This document shows positions 19,697 to 28,937 of a stretch of 44,044 nt of DNA, one piece after another. A model generated the notes under the pieces. The model worked only from the letters and a program-made list of their open reading frames with translations, searched no databases and was not told the origin of the DNA. The stretch is from the NCBI GenBank assembly GCA_048939765.1, contig JBHLPF010000030.1:3402-47445 (forward strand). The letters run 5' to 3'. The DNA is from Promethearchaeota archaeon (GTDB lineage: Archaea > Asgardarchaeota > Thorarchaeia > Thorarchaeales > Thorarchaeaceae). A program made the position numbers and the translations under genes. The first letter of the stretch is position 1, and every line of letters begins with the position of its first letter.

Positions 19697-20404
19697 ATGA
19701 CGATAGCTATCGTCAAGTTTCCCGGGACAAATAGCGAGAAAGATGTACTTCGAGCGCTTTCATTAATCCCAGGAACAAGACCGTTTGTGGCCTTGAGCCA
19801 AATGGGGTCAAAAATCCTACAAGAAGCAGATGCCCTGGTCATTCCAAGCGGAGCCTCGATTGAAGAGTATGTCAATGTAGGGGCAGAGAAGTGGATAGAC
19901 AGTCTAAAGGATGCGATTCAGGAAATCGCTGAATCAGGCAAGCCAATCCTAGGAATTGGAAATGGCGTACAAATATTGACAAGATTCGGTTTGCTGCCAG
20001 GTCAGCTTCGGATGAATAAGAACGGGAGATTCATTTGCAAGTGGGTCTATCTCAGGGTATGTGAGGACCCCACGATTTTCACCGAGGGACTTGAAGGACT
20101 TGTGATTCGAATTCCAATAGCACACTCCCATGGGAGATTTCACTTCAAGAAGAAGGAATTCGAGAGAATAAATCAATATAGAGGGGTCGTGTTCAGATAC
20201 TGCAATCAGGAAGGAGAGAGCATCCCTGAAGCTAATCCAAATGGATCGATAGACAATATTGCAGGAGTGAAGAACGAAGCAGGAAATATATTGGGAATTA
20301 TACCGCAGCCGGAAAGAGCAACCAGAGCTGAACTAACATCTAGTGATGGTCTGATTCTTCTAGAGAGCTTTGTGCGGTCTATAAAGTCGAGGAGTCTTTC
20401 ATGA
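19697..20404 (+). CDS. purQ: PurQ-like glutamine amidotransferase subunit with degenerate catalytic triad
   Basis: IVKFPGTNSE.D, N..GRFICKWV.L, IPIAH..GRF and NPNGSIDNIAG match PurQ. The nucleophile motif reads LGIGNG (canonical LGICNG) and the His motif reads IPQPER (canonical MPHPER). Confidence 0.88.
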   Translation: MTIAIVKFPGTNSEKDVLRALSLIPGTRPFVALSQMGSKILQEADALVIPSGASIEEYVNVGAEKWIDSLKDAIQEIAESGKPILGIGNGVQILTRFGLLPGQLRMNKNGRFICKWVYLRVCEDPTIFTEGLEGLVIRIPIAHSHGRFHFKKKEFERINQYRGVVFRYCNQEGESIPEANPNGSIDNIAGVKNEAGNILGIIPQPERATRAELTSSDGLILLESFVRSIKSRSLS

Positions 20405-22548
20405 TATCTGAGCAGGAGAGAGAGCAGCTAGCGCTAGCTTTGGGACGAGAGCCAACAGAAACCGAGCTAGGAGTGGTTTCAATTCTATGGTCAGAACGGA
20501 GGAGTTACAAAAGCAGCAAGCGGTGGTTCAGCGAGTTCAAGACTGAAGGAGATAATATAGTACTGGGGCTTGGGAAAGGAGCGGGAATTGTCAATCTTGG
20601 AGATGATGTATTTCTTGGAGTTGCCATGGAATCGAACAATCATCCTACACAAGCAAATCCGTACATTGGATCTGCTTTAGGAATTGCTGGTGTCATCAGT
20701 GATGTGATTGCACATGGATGCAAACCAATTGCATTGCTGAATAGTCTGAGATTTGGAGACCCTGGCATTGAAGAAAATGCCGCTGCACTTAGAGAGGCAG
20801 TGAGAGGGATTTCGCATTTCACTAATAACGTAGGGATTCCTATGATTGGAGGGGACACTGAGTTTGACCAATCATTTGAGAAAAGCAGTGTGCTGAATGT
20901 TGTCTGTGTCGGAATAACGAGTCCAGACAGTATGGTTATGAGCAGAGCTTCAACTCCTGGACATCACCTGGTGCTCTTCGGTGCAAATACTAGAAGAGAC
21001 CGCCTAATTGACTACACTGAATCATCAAGAGAAGCAGCGGTAGCTGTGCCCGGAAACCCTCTGGCGGAACGGATAGTCATTGATGCACTGGATCAACTAG
21101 TCGATTCGCATCTTCTGGGCGGTCTGGAAGATGTTGGCGGAGGCGGATTGGCCCTTGCGGGAGCGAAACTTGCCGCAAGAGGGAGGACCGGCGTTGAGCT
21201 TCATGCTGACTTGGTCCCGATCGATGAGGAAGATATGAGCACGCTCGAAATCATCACTTCCGATTCGCAAAATCGAATGCTTGCTGTGGTTGCTCCTGAG
21301 CATTTGGAGAGAGTCCTTTCAATACTTGGCTCCTATGATACTCCATATGCAGTAATCGGCAAGGTGACAGACGAAGGACTCTACAATGTTTATCATGACG
21401 GGGAATTGAAAGCGAGCATTCCTGCAGTTCTATTGACTAGCGGCTTTCTCGAACCTGATCGGTTTGAGGAGTATCTTCCCGAGAGAACTGCATCAATTGA
21501 CTGGTTAGTGCAGCCAGAGGATCATGCACAGATGCTGCTATCAGTGCTTTCCTCACCAAACATTGCCGATAGGTCTTGGATCTATAGTCAGTTCGACCAG
21601 CACATTCAGGCAAACACTCTTGTTGACATAGGAGATAACTCAGGTGTTATCGATCTTCCTAAGGGAAAGAGAATTGCGCTAACCACATCATCAAACTCCT
21701 TCTGGAGCCATCTTCACCCTCAGATTGGAGCGGCGAATTCTGCCACACTTGCTCTAAGGAATCTGGTTGCATCTGGGGCAAAGCCCATCTTCATAGCGGA
21801 TTGCATAAACTTTGGAAATCCTGAACGTCCTGAGTCGTATGCGGAGTTTGTAGAGGCGGTGAAGGGCATAGGTAGTTTCTCACACGACTTCGATATTCCT
21901 GTGATAACTGGCGGAGTCTCACCCTACAATGAAAGAAAGATAGACGGTAGGCCCAAGAGGATTCATATTACTCCCCAGATTATGATGGCTGGAGTCCTAT
22001 TGGAAGGACATCTTCCTACTAGACGAAGGCTATGTACGCCGTGGGCTAACATCTTCCTTGTTGGCGAAACTCATCGAGAATTGAATGGCTCTGAGTTCCA
22101 ACGAATCCTACTAGGGAAGATTCAAGGACTCCCGCCTGGATATCAGCCTGCTGCTGAGAGAGCGGCAATGCGCGCAGTACTTGCCTCATTTGCCAAAGGG
22201 CTCGTCAGGTCATGTAATGATATTGGACGAGGCGGCTTGGCCATTGGATTGATGAAGATGGCTCTGCGAGGAGATTTGGGATTTAGACTCGACCTCACGG
22301 ATGTTCCCGGATCTGCAAAAGGACTGACCGAGATTCTATATTCGGAAACATCAGCCAGATATCTTGTAGAGGTGACAGAAACAAATCAGGATGAATTCCT
22401 GCGCACTGTTGAGGGATACGGAGTTGCAGCCACTGAGCTAGGGTTGACTTTGAACGAACCGATAGCTAATTTTGGCGCTTTCAGTATTGATCTGAAAGAA
22501 GCCAGAGAAGCATACCTGAATGGAATTGCAGGAATACTAGATACATGA
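20401..22548 (+). CDS. purL: Small PurL-like FGAM synthetase subunit with degenerate active site
   Basis: LGREPT.TEL, SYKSS, LNSLRFG, WIYSQFD, DCINFGNPE and LYSET match PurL; ATGA overlap with purQ. WSEHC reads WSERR and ESHNHP reads ESNNHP. Confidence 0.9.
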   Translation: MISEQEREQLALALGREPTETELGVVSILWSERRSYKSSKRWFSEFKTEGDNIVLGLGKGAGIVNLGDDVFLGVAMESNNHPTQANPYIGSALGIAGVISDVIAHGCKPIALLNSLRFGDPGIEENAAALREAVRGISHFTNNVGIPMIGGDTEFDQSFEKSSVLNVVCVGITSPDSMVMSRASTPGHHLVLFGANTRRDRLIDYTESSREAAVAVPGNPLAERIVIDALDQLVDSHLLGGLEDVGGGGLALAGAKLAARGRTGVELHADLVPIDEEDMSTLEIITSDSQNRMLAVVAPEHLERVLSILGSYDTPYAVIGKVTDEGLYNVYHDGELKASIPAVLLTSGFLEPDRFEEYLPERTASIDWLVQPEDHAQMLLSVLSSPNIADRSWIYSQFDQHIQANTLVDIGDNSGVIDLPKGKRIALTTSSNSFWSHLHPQIGAANSATLALRNLVASGAKPIFIADCINFGNPERPESYAEFVEAVKGIGSFSHDFDIPVITGGVSPYNERKIDGRPKRIHITPQIMMAGVLLEGHLPTRRRLCTPWANIFLVGETHRELNGSEFQRILLGKIQGLPPGYQPAAERAAMRAVLASFAKGLVRSCNDIGRGGLAIGLMKMALRGDLGFRLDLTDVPGSAKGLTEILYSETSARYLVEVTETNQDEFLRTVEGYGVAATELGLTLNEPIANFGAFSIDLKEAREAYLNGIAGILDT

Positions 22549-22627
22549 ATCACAAGATTGGATGCCTGAGATATTATATCGCTTAGATAATAAGGCCGCT
22601 AAGGGCTGTTCTGGTCGTGCATCACCT

Positions 22628-23776
22628 ATGAGCGGCAAGTTAGTTTATCCATACACAGATGCGCTTCTGCAATACGAATTCAGGGATGACCATCCCCTAA
22701 AGCCTGACCGACTATCCTTGACACACGAATTGTCCAAAGAGCTCGGTCTTCTCAATCATGTCGACCAAATCGAACCTTCAATGCCTACAAGAGAAGATCT
22801 TGAAATATTCCATAGCCCTCAATATATCGACGCTGTGATTGAAAGCGGCGAAACGTTGACGCCGAAACCAAGCTATGGACTTGGGACAATGGACAATCCT
22901 GTCTTTCCTAATCTGTACGACGCTGCGGCCCGCTATGTTGGAGCCACTCTGGATGCAATGAAGGCAATGATGAATGGGGCGCCGAAGGCGTTCGTCATCT
23001 CCGGAGGATTACATCATGCACATGAAAGCATGGCGTCAGGATTCTGCGTCTTCAACGATATTGTGATTGCGATTAAGCATTTTCAGAAGAAGAAACCATC
23101 AAAGGTTCTATACTTGGATGTTGACGCTCATCATGGCGATGGAGTACAGAATGCCTTCTTTGAGTCAAAGGACGTATTGACGATCTCAATTCACCAGCAT
23201 GGACAGACTCTGTTTCCAGGCACAGGTTTCACTCATGAAAACGGGAGAGGGGAAGGTGTAGGCTATTCAGTCAACATCCCTGTGTTGCCTGGTGCAGGAA
23301 GTGAAGAACTCATCCAAACGTTCGATGAGGTAGTTGTTCCTCTCTTTGACGCATTTCAGCCGGATCTGCTAGTCACACAACTGGGAGTTGATGGACATTT
23401 CTTGGACCCGCTAGCGCAGCTCAGCTATTCCACCAAAGGCTACGAGCACGTCCTCAAGAATTTGAAGAAGATGGCCGAGAAGACTTGTGGCGACGGATGG
23501 CTCGCTGTCGGAGGGGGTGGATATCATCCTGTCAATGTCGCGCGCCTTTGGACGCTATTCCTTTCGGTTATTCTAGACAAAAAGATACCTTCTGAGATGC
23601 CTGACTCATTCATTCAGCTCTGCCGGGAAAAGGGATATTCAAATTTCCCAGAGAAAATGAGAGATGAAGACAATGTGGTCCAAATCTATCTTCCCATAGA
23701 GCAAATCAGGCTTGATCTCGATAGAGTTCTTCGACAGGTCAGGGAAAAAGTGTTCCCCTGGCATGGACTTTCGTGA
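22628..23776 (+). CDS. Zn-dependent histone deacetylase family protein (AcuC-like)
   Basis: HPLKPDR, GGLHHA, SGFCVFND, DVDAHHGDG, FPGTG, QLGVD and GGGGY all intact. Likely start ATG 22628 (ORF track 22562). Confidence 0.93.
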   Translation: MSGKLVYPYTDALLQYEFRDDHPLKPDRLSLTHELSKELGLLNHVDQIEPSMPTREDLEIFHSPQYIDAVIESGETLTPKPSYGLGTMDNPVFPNLYDAAARYVGATLDAMKAMMNGAPKAFVISGGLHHAHESMASGFCVFNDIVIAIKHFQKKKPSKVLYLDVDAHHGDGVQNAFFESKDVLTISIHQHGQTLFPGTGFTHENGRGEGVGYSVNIPVLPGAGSEELIQTFDEVVVPLFDAFQPDLLVTQLGVDGHFLDPLAQLSYSTKGYEHVLKNLKKMAEKTCGDGWLAVGGGGYHPVNVARLWTLFLSVILDKKIPSEMPDSFIQLCREKGYSNFPEKMRDEDNVVQIYLPIEQIRLDLDRVLRQVREKVFPWHGLS

Positions 23777-23777
23777 G

Positions 23778-24398
23778 TCATTCTTCCCCGTGGAAACTAA
23801 TATCTATCCACTCTCGCACCATTCTGGTCACCATTTCAGATGCCGCCGCGATGATTACAGCATCAGCATCCTCAGAAAGCAATGAAGACGGGTCCACGCC
23901 TACACGAGCCATACGAAGAAGAGATGGATAGCAAAGAAAGCCCAGAGCCTCCACTATCTCCATCGCGTCGGCGCCTGCGACTTGCAGACGGCCTCGTAGT
24001 AGCTCATGAGGCGAAATTCGTGCGTCGCTGTCAAGCAGGTCCATAAGGGTTTCAAAGTCTGATGAGATTACAACATCTGGCTCAATGCATTCGTCATAGA
24101 CCTTTGTCAATCCGCCATCGAATACAATGGAGTACTCATCGTCAGTGTCAGAGGTCTTGAAACAGAAGGAAATGTTGGAGAATGAACCTTCCTTAGAATG
24201 CATGAGCTCTTCAAATTCGTCTTCAGACATATCGTGAAGCTGTCTTGCCTTCTCCACACTAACACTCAGAGCTGATCTGCAGCCATCAACTATAGGACCA
24301 AGATACTCCATCAGCATAAATCGATCTACATTGATGTCAGATGATAGCTGATTGAGGCTTCGTCCGATGCTTCGGGGTTTCTCATCATTCTCGGTCAA
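23778..24398 (-). CDS. Hypothetical protein with a probable SCP2 (sterol-carrier-like) lipid-binding domain
   Basis: YSIVFDGG..KV......PDVVISSDFETLMDLL.......ELLRGRLQVAG resembles SCP2. Start placed at in-frame TTG 24398, downstream of a TTTTATTA box; the longer ORF would overlap the divergent gene. Confidence 0.6.
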   Translation of the reverse strand: MTENDEKPRSIGRSLNQLSSDINVDRFMLMEYLGPIVDGCRSALSVSVEKARQLHDMSEDEFEELMHSKEGSFSNISFCFKTSDTDDEYSIVFDGGLTKVYDECIEPDVVISSDFETLMDLLDSDARISPHELLRGRLQVAGADAMEIVEALGFLCYPSLLRMARVGVDPSSLLSEDADAVIIAAASEMVTRMVREWIDISFHGEE

Positions 24399-24511
24399 CT
24401 GGCTCGAGAAAAAGGTAGGCTTCTTCCTTTTAGAGATGATGATAAGCTCCCAACAAATAATAAAACTCAATCCTAGTAGTAAGAGGATGCACCAGAGAAG
24501 GAATGCACCCC

Positions 24512-25267
24512 ATGACGACCGATATTCACACTCATCTCGGAACCGACAGGAATTCACTTCACGAGGTCGATAAGCACAATCTCGCTGAGCAAGTGGACCT
24601 TCTTATCAGTCGCATGGACCATTTTGGCGTTGAAAAAGCTGTGCTCACTCCGCTAAATCCATTCAAAGATAACGAGCTAAATATGGCAGCAGCAGCTATT
24701 TACCCTGATCGCCTGTTTAGTGCGTGTACTCTGCTTCCTCGACCGATTGATTCGGCTATCGAGAGGTTAAAGCACTACATCAAAGAGGGATGCGTGGCTG
24801 TTGTTCTTGATGACAGGAATTATGGACCAGAGGACCCTGCTGCGCTGATGTTGATTCGAGAAGCTGTGGATCGCAATGTGCCGGTCTATATTCATAATGA
24901 TGTCTTGACTGCTGGGGGGCTTGCATTCATAGATAAGGCGTCAACCATGTTTCCAAAAGGGAAATTTGTGATTCTTCATATGGGGGGTCTCTTCGGCTTC
25001 CCTCAACTCATTCCATTGATGTCACGTCAGAACATCTGGTTGGATATATCCATCACACTAGTGAGACTCGTTGAGTCACATCTCAGAGTATTCCTTGATG
25101 CACTTGCCCAGGACATTGGTGTACGAAAGCTTGTGTTCGGTTCAGAGCATCATAGCGAATACTTGGACTTGAGGGCTGCTTTGAATCTGCTAGATCTGAA
25201 TGTTGAAACAAGCAGGATAATTCGTGCTGAGAATGCATGGGTCCTTCTAGGACTTGATTTCACGTAG
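24512..25267 (+). CDS. Amidohydrolase family (Amidohydro_2-type) TIM-barrel protein
   Basis: DIHTH, MDHFGVEKAVL, PVYIH, ILHMGG, NIWLDIS and KLVFGSE. Start 24512 or 24503. Confidence 0.85.
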   Translation: MTTDIHTHLGTDRNSLHEVDKHNLAEQVDLLISRMDHFGVEKAVLTPLNPFKDNELNMAAAAIYPDRLFSACTLLPRPIDSAIERLKHYIKEGCVAVVLDDRNYGPEDPAALMLIREAVDRNVPVYIHNDVLTAGGLAFIDKASTMFPKGKFVILHMGGLFGFPQLIPLMSRQNIWLDISITLVRLVESHLRVFLDALAQDIGVRKLVFGSEHHSEYLDLRAALNLLDLNVETSRIIRAENAWVLLGLDFT

Positions 25268-25281
25268 AGGGGTCCATTCTG

Positions 25282-25623
25282 CTATTCCAGATATTGTGAA
25301 AGCATCTCTTGATGAATCAACTGCTCAAGATCATCTACCCTTGGCATTCCGACTATTCTAGAATTGGCGACAAAGACAGTTGGCACAGCCAAGACCTGAT
25401 GTCTTTCAGTTAGAGCGGGTTTCTTGTCCACCGGAGATTCCACCACCTCGATATATGGCTGATAATAGGAGACTCGCGCAAGAGCTTCCTTCACAACCTC
25501 TCTCGCTTCATCACAGAATGCACAAGTATCTGATACGAAGAGAGTTATCTTGATCGACTCTCTTGTGGTGTCGAGTTCTTGTGAGATGGAAGTCTTGTCT
25601 GTCATGGAATTGCGATGCATCAT
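25282..25623 (-). CDS. Thioredoxin-fold protein
   Basis: CAFC CxxC motif, cis-Pro motif AVPT and G.P. Start set at ATG 25623 after GAGGA SD. Confidence 0.85.
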   Translation of the reverse strand: MMHRNSMTDKTSISQELDTTRESIKITLFVSDTCAFCDEAREVVKEALARVSYYQPYIEVVESPVDKKPALTERHQVLAVPTVFVANSRIVGMPRVDDLEQLIHQEMLSQYLE

Positions 25624-25639
25624 AGCGAATTCCTCAGCG

Positions 25640-25873
25640 TTACTCAGCAAAGGCAGGAGGCTTCAGACGAACATGGTCTTCAACTCGGTCCACTGCTCTC
25701 AGAGGTATGACTTCCCATGTGTGAGGGCTCTGATCGGTTTCGGATCTCTCAATAACAACTTGAGGACCCAAATCGTCATCGTACCATACCTGCTTCACAC
25801 GACCCAAAGGAAAGCCTCTGAAGTCACGCACAACCTTTCCTTTTAGCAACCATTTCACTCTGTCATTCTTCAT
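25640..25873 (-). CDS. PRC-barrel domain protein
   Basis: LLKGKVVRD..G..LGRV..V..D and IP..AVDRV.D.V.L match the PRC-barrel consensus. Start ATG 25873 (ORF track 25897). Confidence 0.72.
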   Translation of the reverse strand: MKNDRVKWLLKGKVVRDFRGFPLGRVKQVWYDDDLGPQVVIERSETDQSPHTWEVIPLRAVDRVEDHVRLKPPAFAE

Positions 25874-26163
25874 CGCTCTCAAGGTGACATTGAGCAAGTC
25901 ATTGAAGAGCGTGTGTACAACCTAGACAATATTCACACACGTATCGGGAGCTGTATTACGCTCCTACTCATTCCGGTATTCTTCATCCTCATATCCACAT
26001 TCAACAATCGTCGAAGGCCTTCTTTGAGCGCCATGGATTGCCTATGCTTCATCGACCGAGTGAAAAGGCATTACTATCAGATACAGGTGTAACGAACAGA
26101 ACATTCGCGTTCTTCTTTAGAGTGTCAACTTTAAAGAGCCATCATATAACTATGAGAGAGATA

Positions 26164-27840
26164 ATGACCGAGTTTCTTAGAATCGCTGAAACACTGGATA
26201 AGATTGCTGCTGTTTCCAGCAGGAATGCCAAGATTGGCTTCGTAGCCGCACTTCTCAAAGAAGTAGACTCTATCGAAGTTAGGACGACTGCTCGTTTCCT
26301 GGGTGGTCGCATCTTTCCAGAAAGTGACGATCGAGTCCTCAATGTATCTTGGAGCGGGCTCAAATCGGCACTTAAACAAGTCATTGATTTCTCAATGGAA
26401 GATCTGAGCGAATCATATCAGGGAGACACTGGTGAGGCTGTTGCTGCTTTGCTTGAGTCAGGGAAATTTGCTAGGCAGACAGCGCTCTTCTCAACCCCAC
26501 TATCAATAGGGATTCTCGAAGAGAACTTCAGTATCATTGCTGGGCTTCAGGGGGCGGGTTCAAAGAAGAAGAAGGAAACGATCTTGGCACAGATATTGAG
26601 AGATGCGGCCCCAAGAGAAGCGAAATACATCACGGCCCTGGTGTTGAATGACATGCGCATTGGACTTTCTGAAGGTCTCTTGGCGGAGGGAATCGCCCGA
26701 GCATTCAAAGTAGAGCCGAAGCTAGTGAGAAGAGCATGGAGTCTCACGGGAGATCTGGGCCAAGTTGCAGAGAAGGCGGCACAGGGAGGGGCATCAGCCC
26801 TAATGGAATTCAAAGTGATGCTCTTCAGGCCTGTGAAACCCATGCTTGCCAGTCCTGCTGATTCTGTTGATGAGGTGTTTGAAACAGGTTCGTTGTACGC
26901 CTTCGAATTCAAGCTCGACGGAGCACGAGTTCAGATTCACAAGCAAGGAGATGAAGTCATCATCTATTCTCGTAGGCTCCAAGATGTCACTGAAGGCCTG
27001 CCTGATATTGTGGAAATCGTGAGGAAGAAAGTGGGTGCAGGAGTGGCAGTCTTGGACGGGGAGGTGGTTGCCATTGATGACAGAGGACAGCCGTTTCCCT
27101 TTCAGGTTGTGATGAAGCGGTTTGGAAGGACGCGCGAAGTCGAAAAGACAAGGGATGAAGTCAAATTACGGCTGTTTCTATTTGACCTTCTTTTGCTCGA
27201 GTCCAAGCAGCAGATTGATTCTACATATACTGAGAGGAGGAAGCTGCTAGAATCTGTAGTGCCTCAGGAACTTCTGATAGAGAGTTATACCGCTACGAGT
27301 AAGGATGAAGCAGCTAGATTCTTCGATAAAAGTAAGAAACTCGGACATGAAGGGCTGATGGCAAAGCAAGTTGATTCAGCCTATGTGCCAGGAACCAGGG
27401 GTAAGAATTGGTTCAAAATCAAACACTCATTGGATACTATGGACTTAGTGATCATAGCTGCAGAGTGGGGACATGGACGAAGGAAGAATTGGCTTTCAGA
27501 TTACCATCTCGCAGTTAGAGACCCCGACACAGATTCGTACGTAATGATTGGCAAAACATACAAGGGTCTAACTGACATCGAGTTCGAAGAGATGACTAGC
27601 AAGCTCAAGTCAATCTCTACTGGAAGGAAGGGCCATGTTGTTATTGTTAAGCCTGAGATTGTGGTCGAAGTACTAGCAGCAGAGATTCAGGAAAGCCCAA
27701 CCTACGATTCAGGGATGGCCTTGAGATTTGCAAGAATTGTAAACATTCGTGAAGATAAGTTGGCAACTGATGCGATGACGCTGGAGCAGTTGAAGACAGT
27801 CTATGCAGAGCAGTTCAAGTATAAGGCAGGCCAGCCATAA
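26164..27840 (+). CDS. lig: ATP-dependent DNA ligase (archaeal type)
   Basis: KPMLA, motif I EFKLDGARVQIH, LDGEVV, FDLLLL, GHEGLMAK, RGKNWFKIK, DLVIIAAEWGHGRR and LRFARI..IREDK. Start probably ATG 26164 or 26152. Confidence 0.96.
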   Translation: MTEFLRIAETLDKIAAVSSRNAKIGFVAALLKEVDSIEVRTTARFLGGRIFPESDDRVLNVSWSGLKSALKQVIDFSMEDLSESYQGDTGEAVAALLESGKFARQTALFSTPLSIGILEENFSIIAGLQGAGSKKKKETILAQILRDAAPREAKYITALVLNDMRIGLSEGLLAEGIARAFKVEPKLVRRAWSLTGDLGQVAEKAAQGGASALMEFKVMLFRPVKPMLASPADSVDEVFETGSLYAFEFKLDGARVQIHKQGDEVIIYSRRLQDVTEGLPDIVEIVRKKVGAGVAVLDGEVVAIDDRGQPFPFQVVMKRFGRTREVEKTRDEVKLRLFLFDLLLLESKQQIDSTYTERRKLLESVVPQELLIESYTATSKDEAARFFDKSKKLGHEGLMAKQVDSAYVPGTRGKNWFKIKHSLDTMDLVIIAAEWGHGRRKNWLSDYHLAVRDPDTDSYVMIGKTYKGLTDIEFEEMTSKLKSISTGRKGHVVIVKPEIVVEVLAAEIQESPTYDSGMALRFARIVNIREDKLATDAMTLEQLKTVYAEQFKYKAGQP

Positions 27841-27957
27841 GAGCAGTTTTTATGGAGGGCCAAGAGACAAGAAGCGTACGAACAAAACAATGAACTCCAA
27901 GTTCGAACTCGCCAAGAGGCGTATAAAAGGGAAGCCTGCTTCCCAATTCGGCAAGAA

Positions 27958-28878
27958 GTGCTAAAATTGGTTTCCAAGGAAATTACACCCGGTATTCATA
28001 TTGTCTTGGGAGGCTCTTTTCCGTTTTGCAATACACTTGTCATATTAGGTGATGAGTTGGTAGTTGTCGATCCGGGATGCTCCATTGAATCCCTTCGACG
28101 ATTCCTATCATCACAGAATAGGGAGCTGCGAAATGTGGGAACAGTTATCCTCTCTCATATCCATCCAGATCACATCACGCATGCAGCGCGACTCAATCGA
28201 TTATCCGGTTGTAGAATTGCAGCTAACGAGATCACTGCTCCCTTATTCAATGAAAAGGAGAGAATGAAGGAATTCCTTGGATTTCATAAAGCTAATCCAG
28301 TACGAAGAGCTTGGGAAAATCTTGTTAATGAAAGAATGTATGGCGCTCTCGATGAAGGGCGGGTTGATGAGATCCTGAAAGATGGAGATAGGATCCAACT
28401 TGGTGATGTTTCATTAAGGGCGGTAATGACACCTGGTCATCTTCCAGATCATATGTGCCTTGAGATTGTAGAACACGGCCTCGTCTTTGCAGCTGATCTA
28501 GACTGTACTGAGTTTGGCCCATTCTATGGACATCCGAACTCCTCTATAGAGGATTTCAAGAAGTCAATCGCTAAGGTTCAGAACGGCAACTACAGCGGAA
28601 TCATAAGCGGCCATCTCAATGAACCCCTCCTGAGAGATTATAGGCTCGCCTTGGACGCATTTTCACGTCAGTTTGATATTCGAGATGACTTGGTGTTTTC
28701 AGCCATTGAAGAAGGAGCTGATTCCCTAGATAGAATCACAATGACCCCTATTGTCTATCCATCGCTCACAAATCCAGTGTTCCTGTACTTTGAGAAGTGG
28801 ATGATTGAACACCATGTCAAGAGCCTGATTGCCATGGGTCGCATAGAGGAGAAGCAGGGTCGATTAAAGCCGATATAG
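27958..28878 (+). CDS. Metallo-beta-lactamase fold hydrolase with C-terminal winged-helix-like domain
   Basis: VVVDPG, SHIHPDH, TPGH..DH, FAAD and SGH. Confidence 0.9.
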   Translation: MLKLVSKEITPGIHIVLGGSFPFCNTLVILGDELVVVDPGCSIESLRRFLSSQNRELRNVGTVILSHIHPDHITHAARLNRLSGCRIAANEITAPLFNEKERMKEFLGFHKANPVRRAWENLVNERMYGALDEGRVDEILKDGDRIQLGDVSLRAVMTPGHLPDHMCLEIVEHGLVFAADLDCTEFGPFYGHPNSSIEDFKKSIAKVQNGNYSGIISGHLNEPLLRDYRLALDAFSRQFDIRDDLVFSAIEEGADSLDRITMTPIVYPSLTNPVFLYFEKWMIEHHVKSLIAMGRIEEKQGRLKPI

Positions 28879-28937
28879 CAGATACTTAATACCCAGTATG
28901 CTTTGTGTTCTCAGTCAAGCCCTGGAGATGATAGAAT

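Noticed and set aside
19697-22548. Pseudogene call for purQ/purL
   Set aside because: Both frames are full length and coupled, with structural motifs kept; the changes concentrate on catalytic positions.
24399-24557. Apparent N-terminal TM extension of the SCP2-like ORF
   Set aside because: It spans the divergent promoter and overlaps the amidohydrolase start; probably not translated.
25900-26160. Short - strand ORF (about 33-39 aa) and N-terminal extension of the ATP ligase
   Set aside because: No motif or clear SD; more simply an intergenic promoter region.
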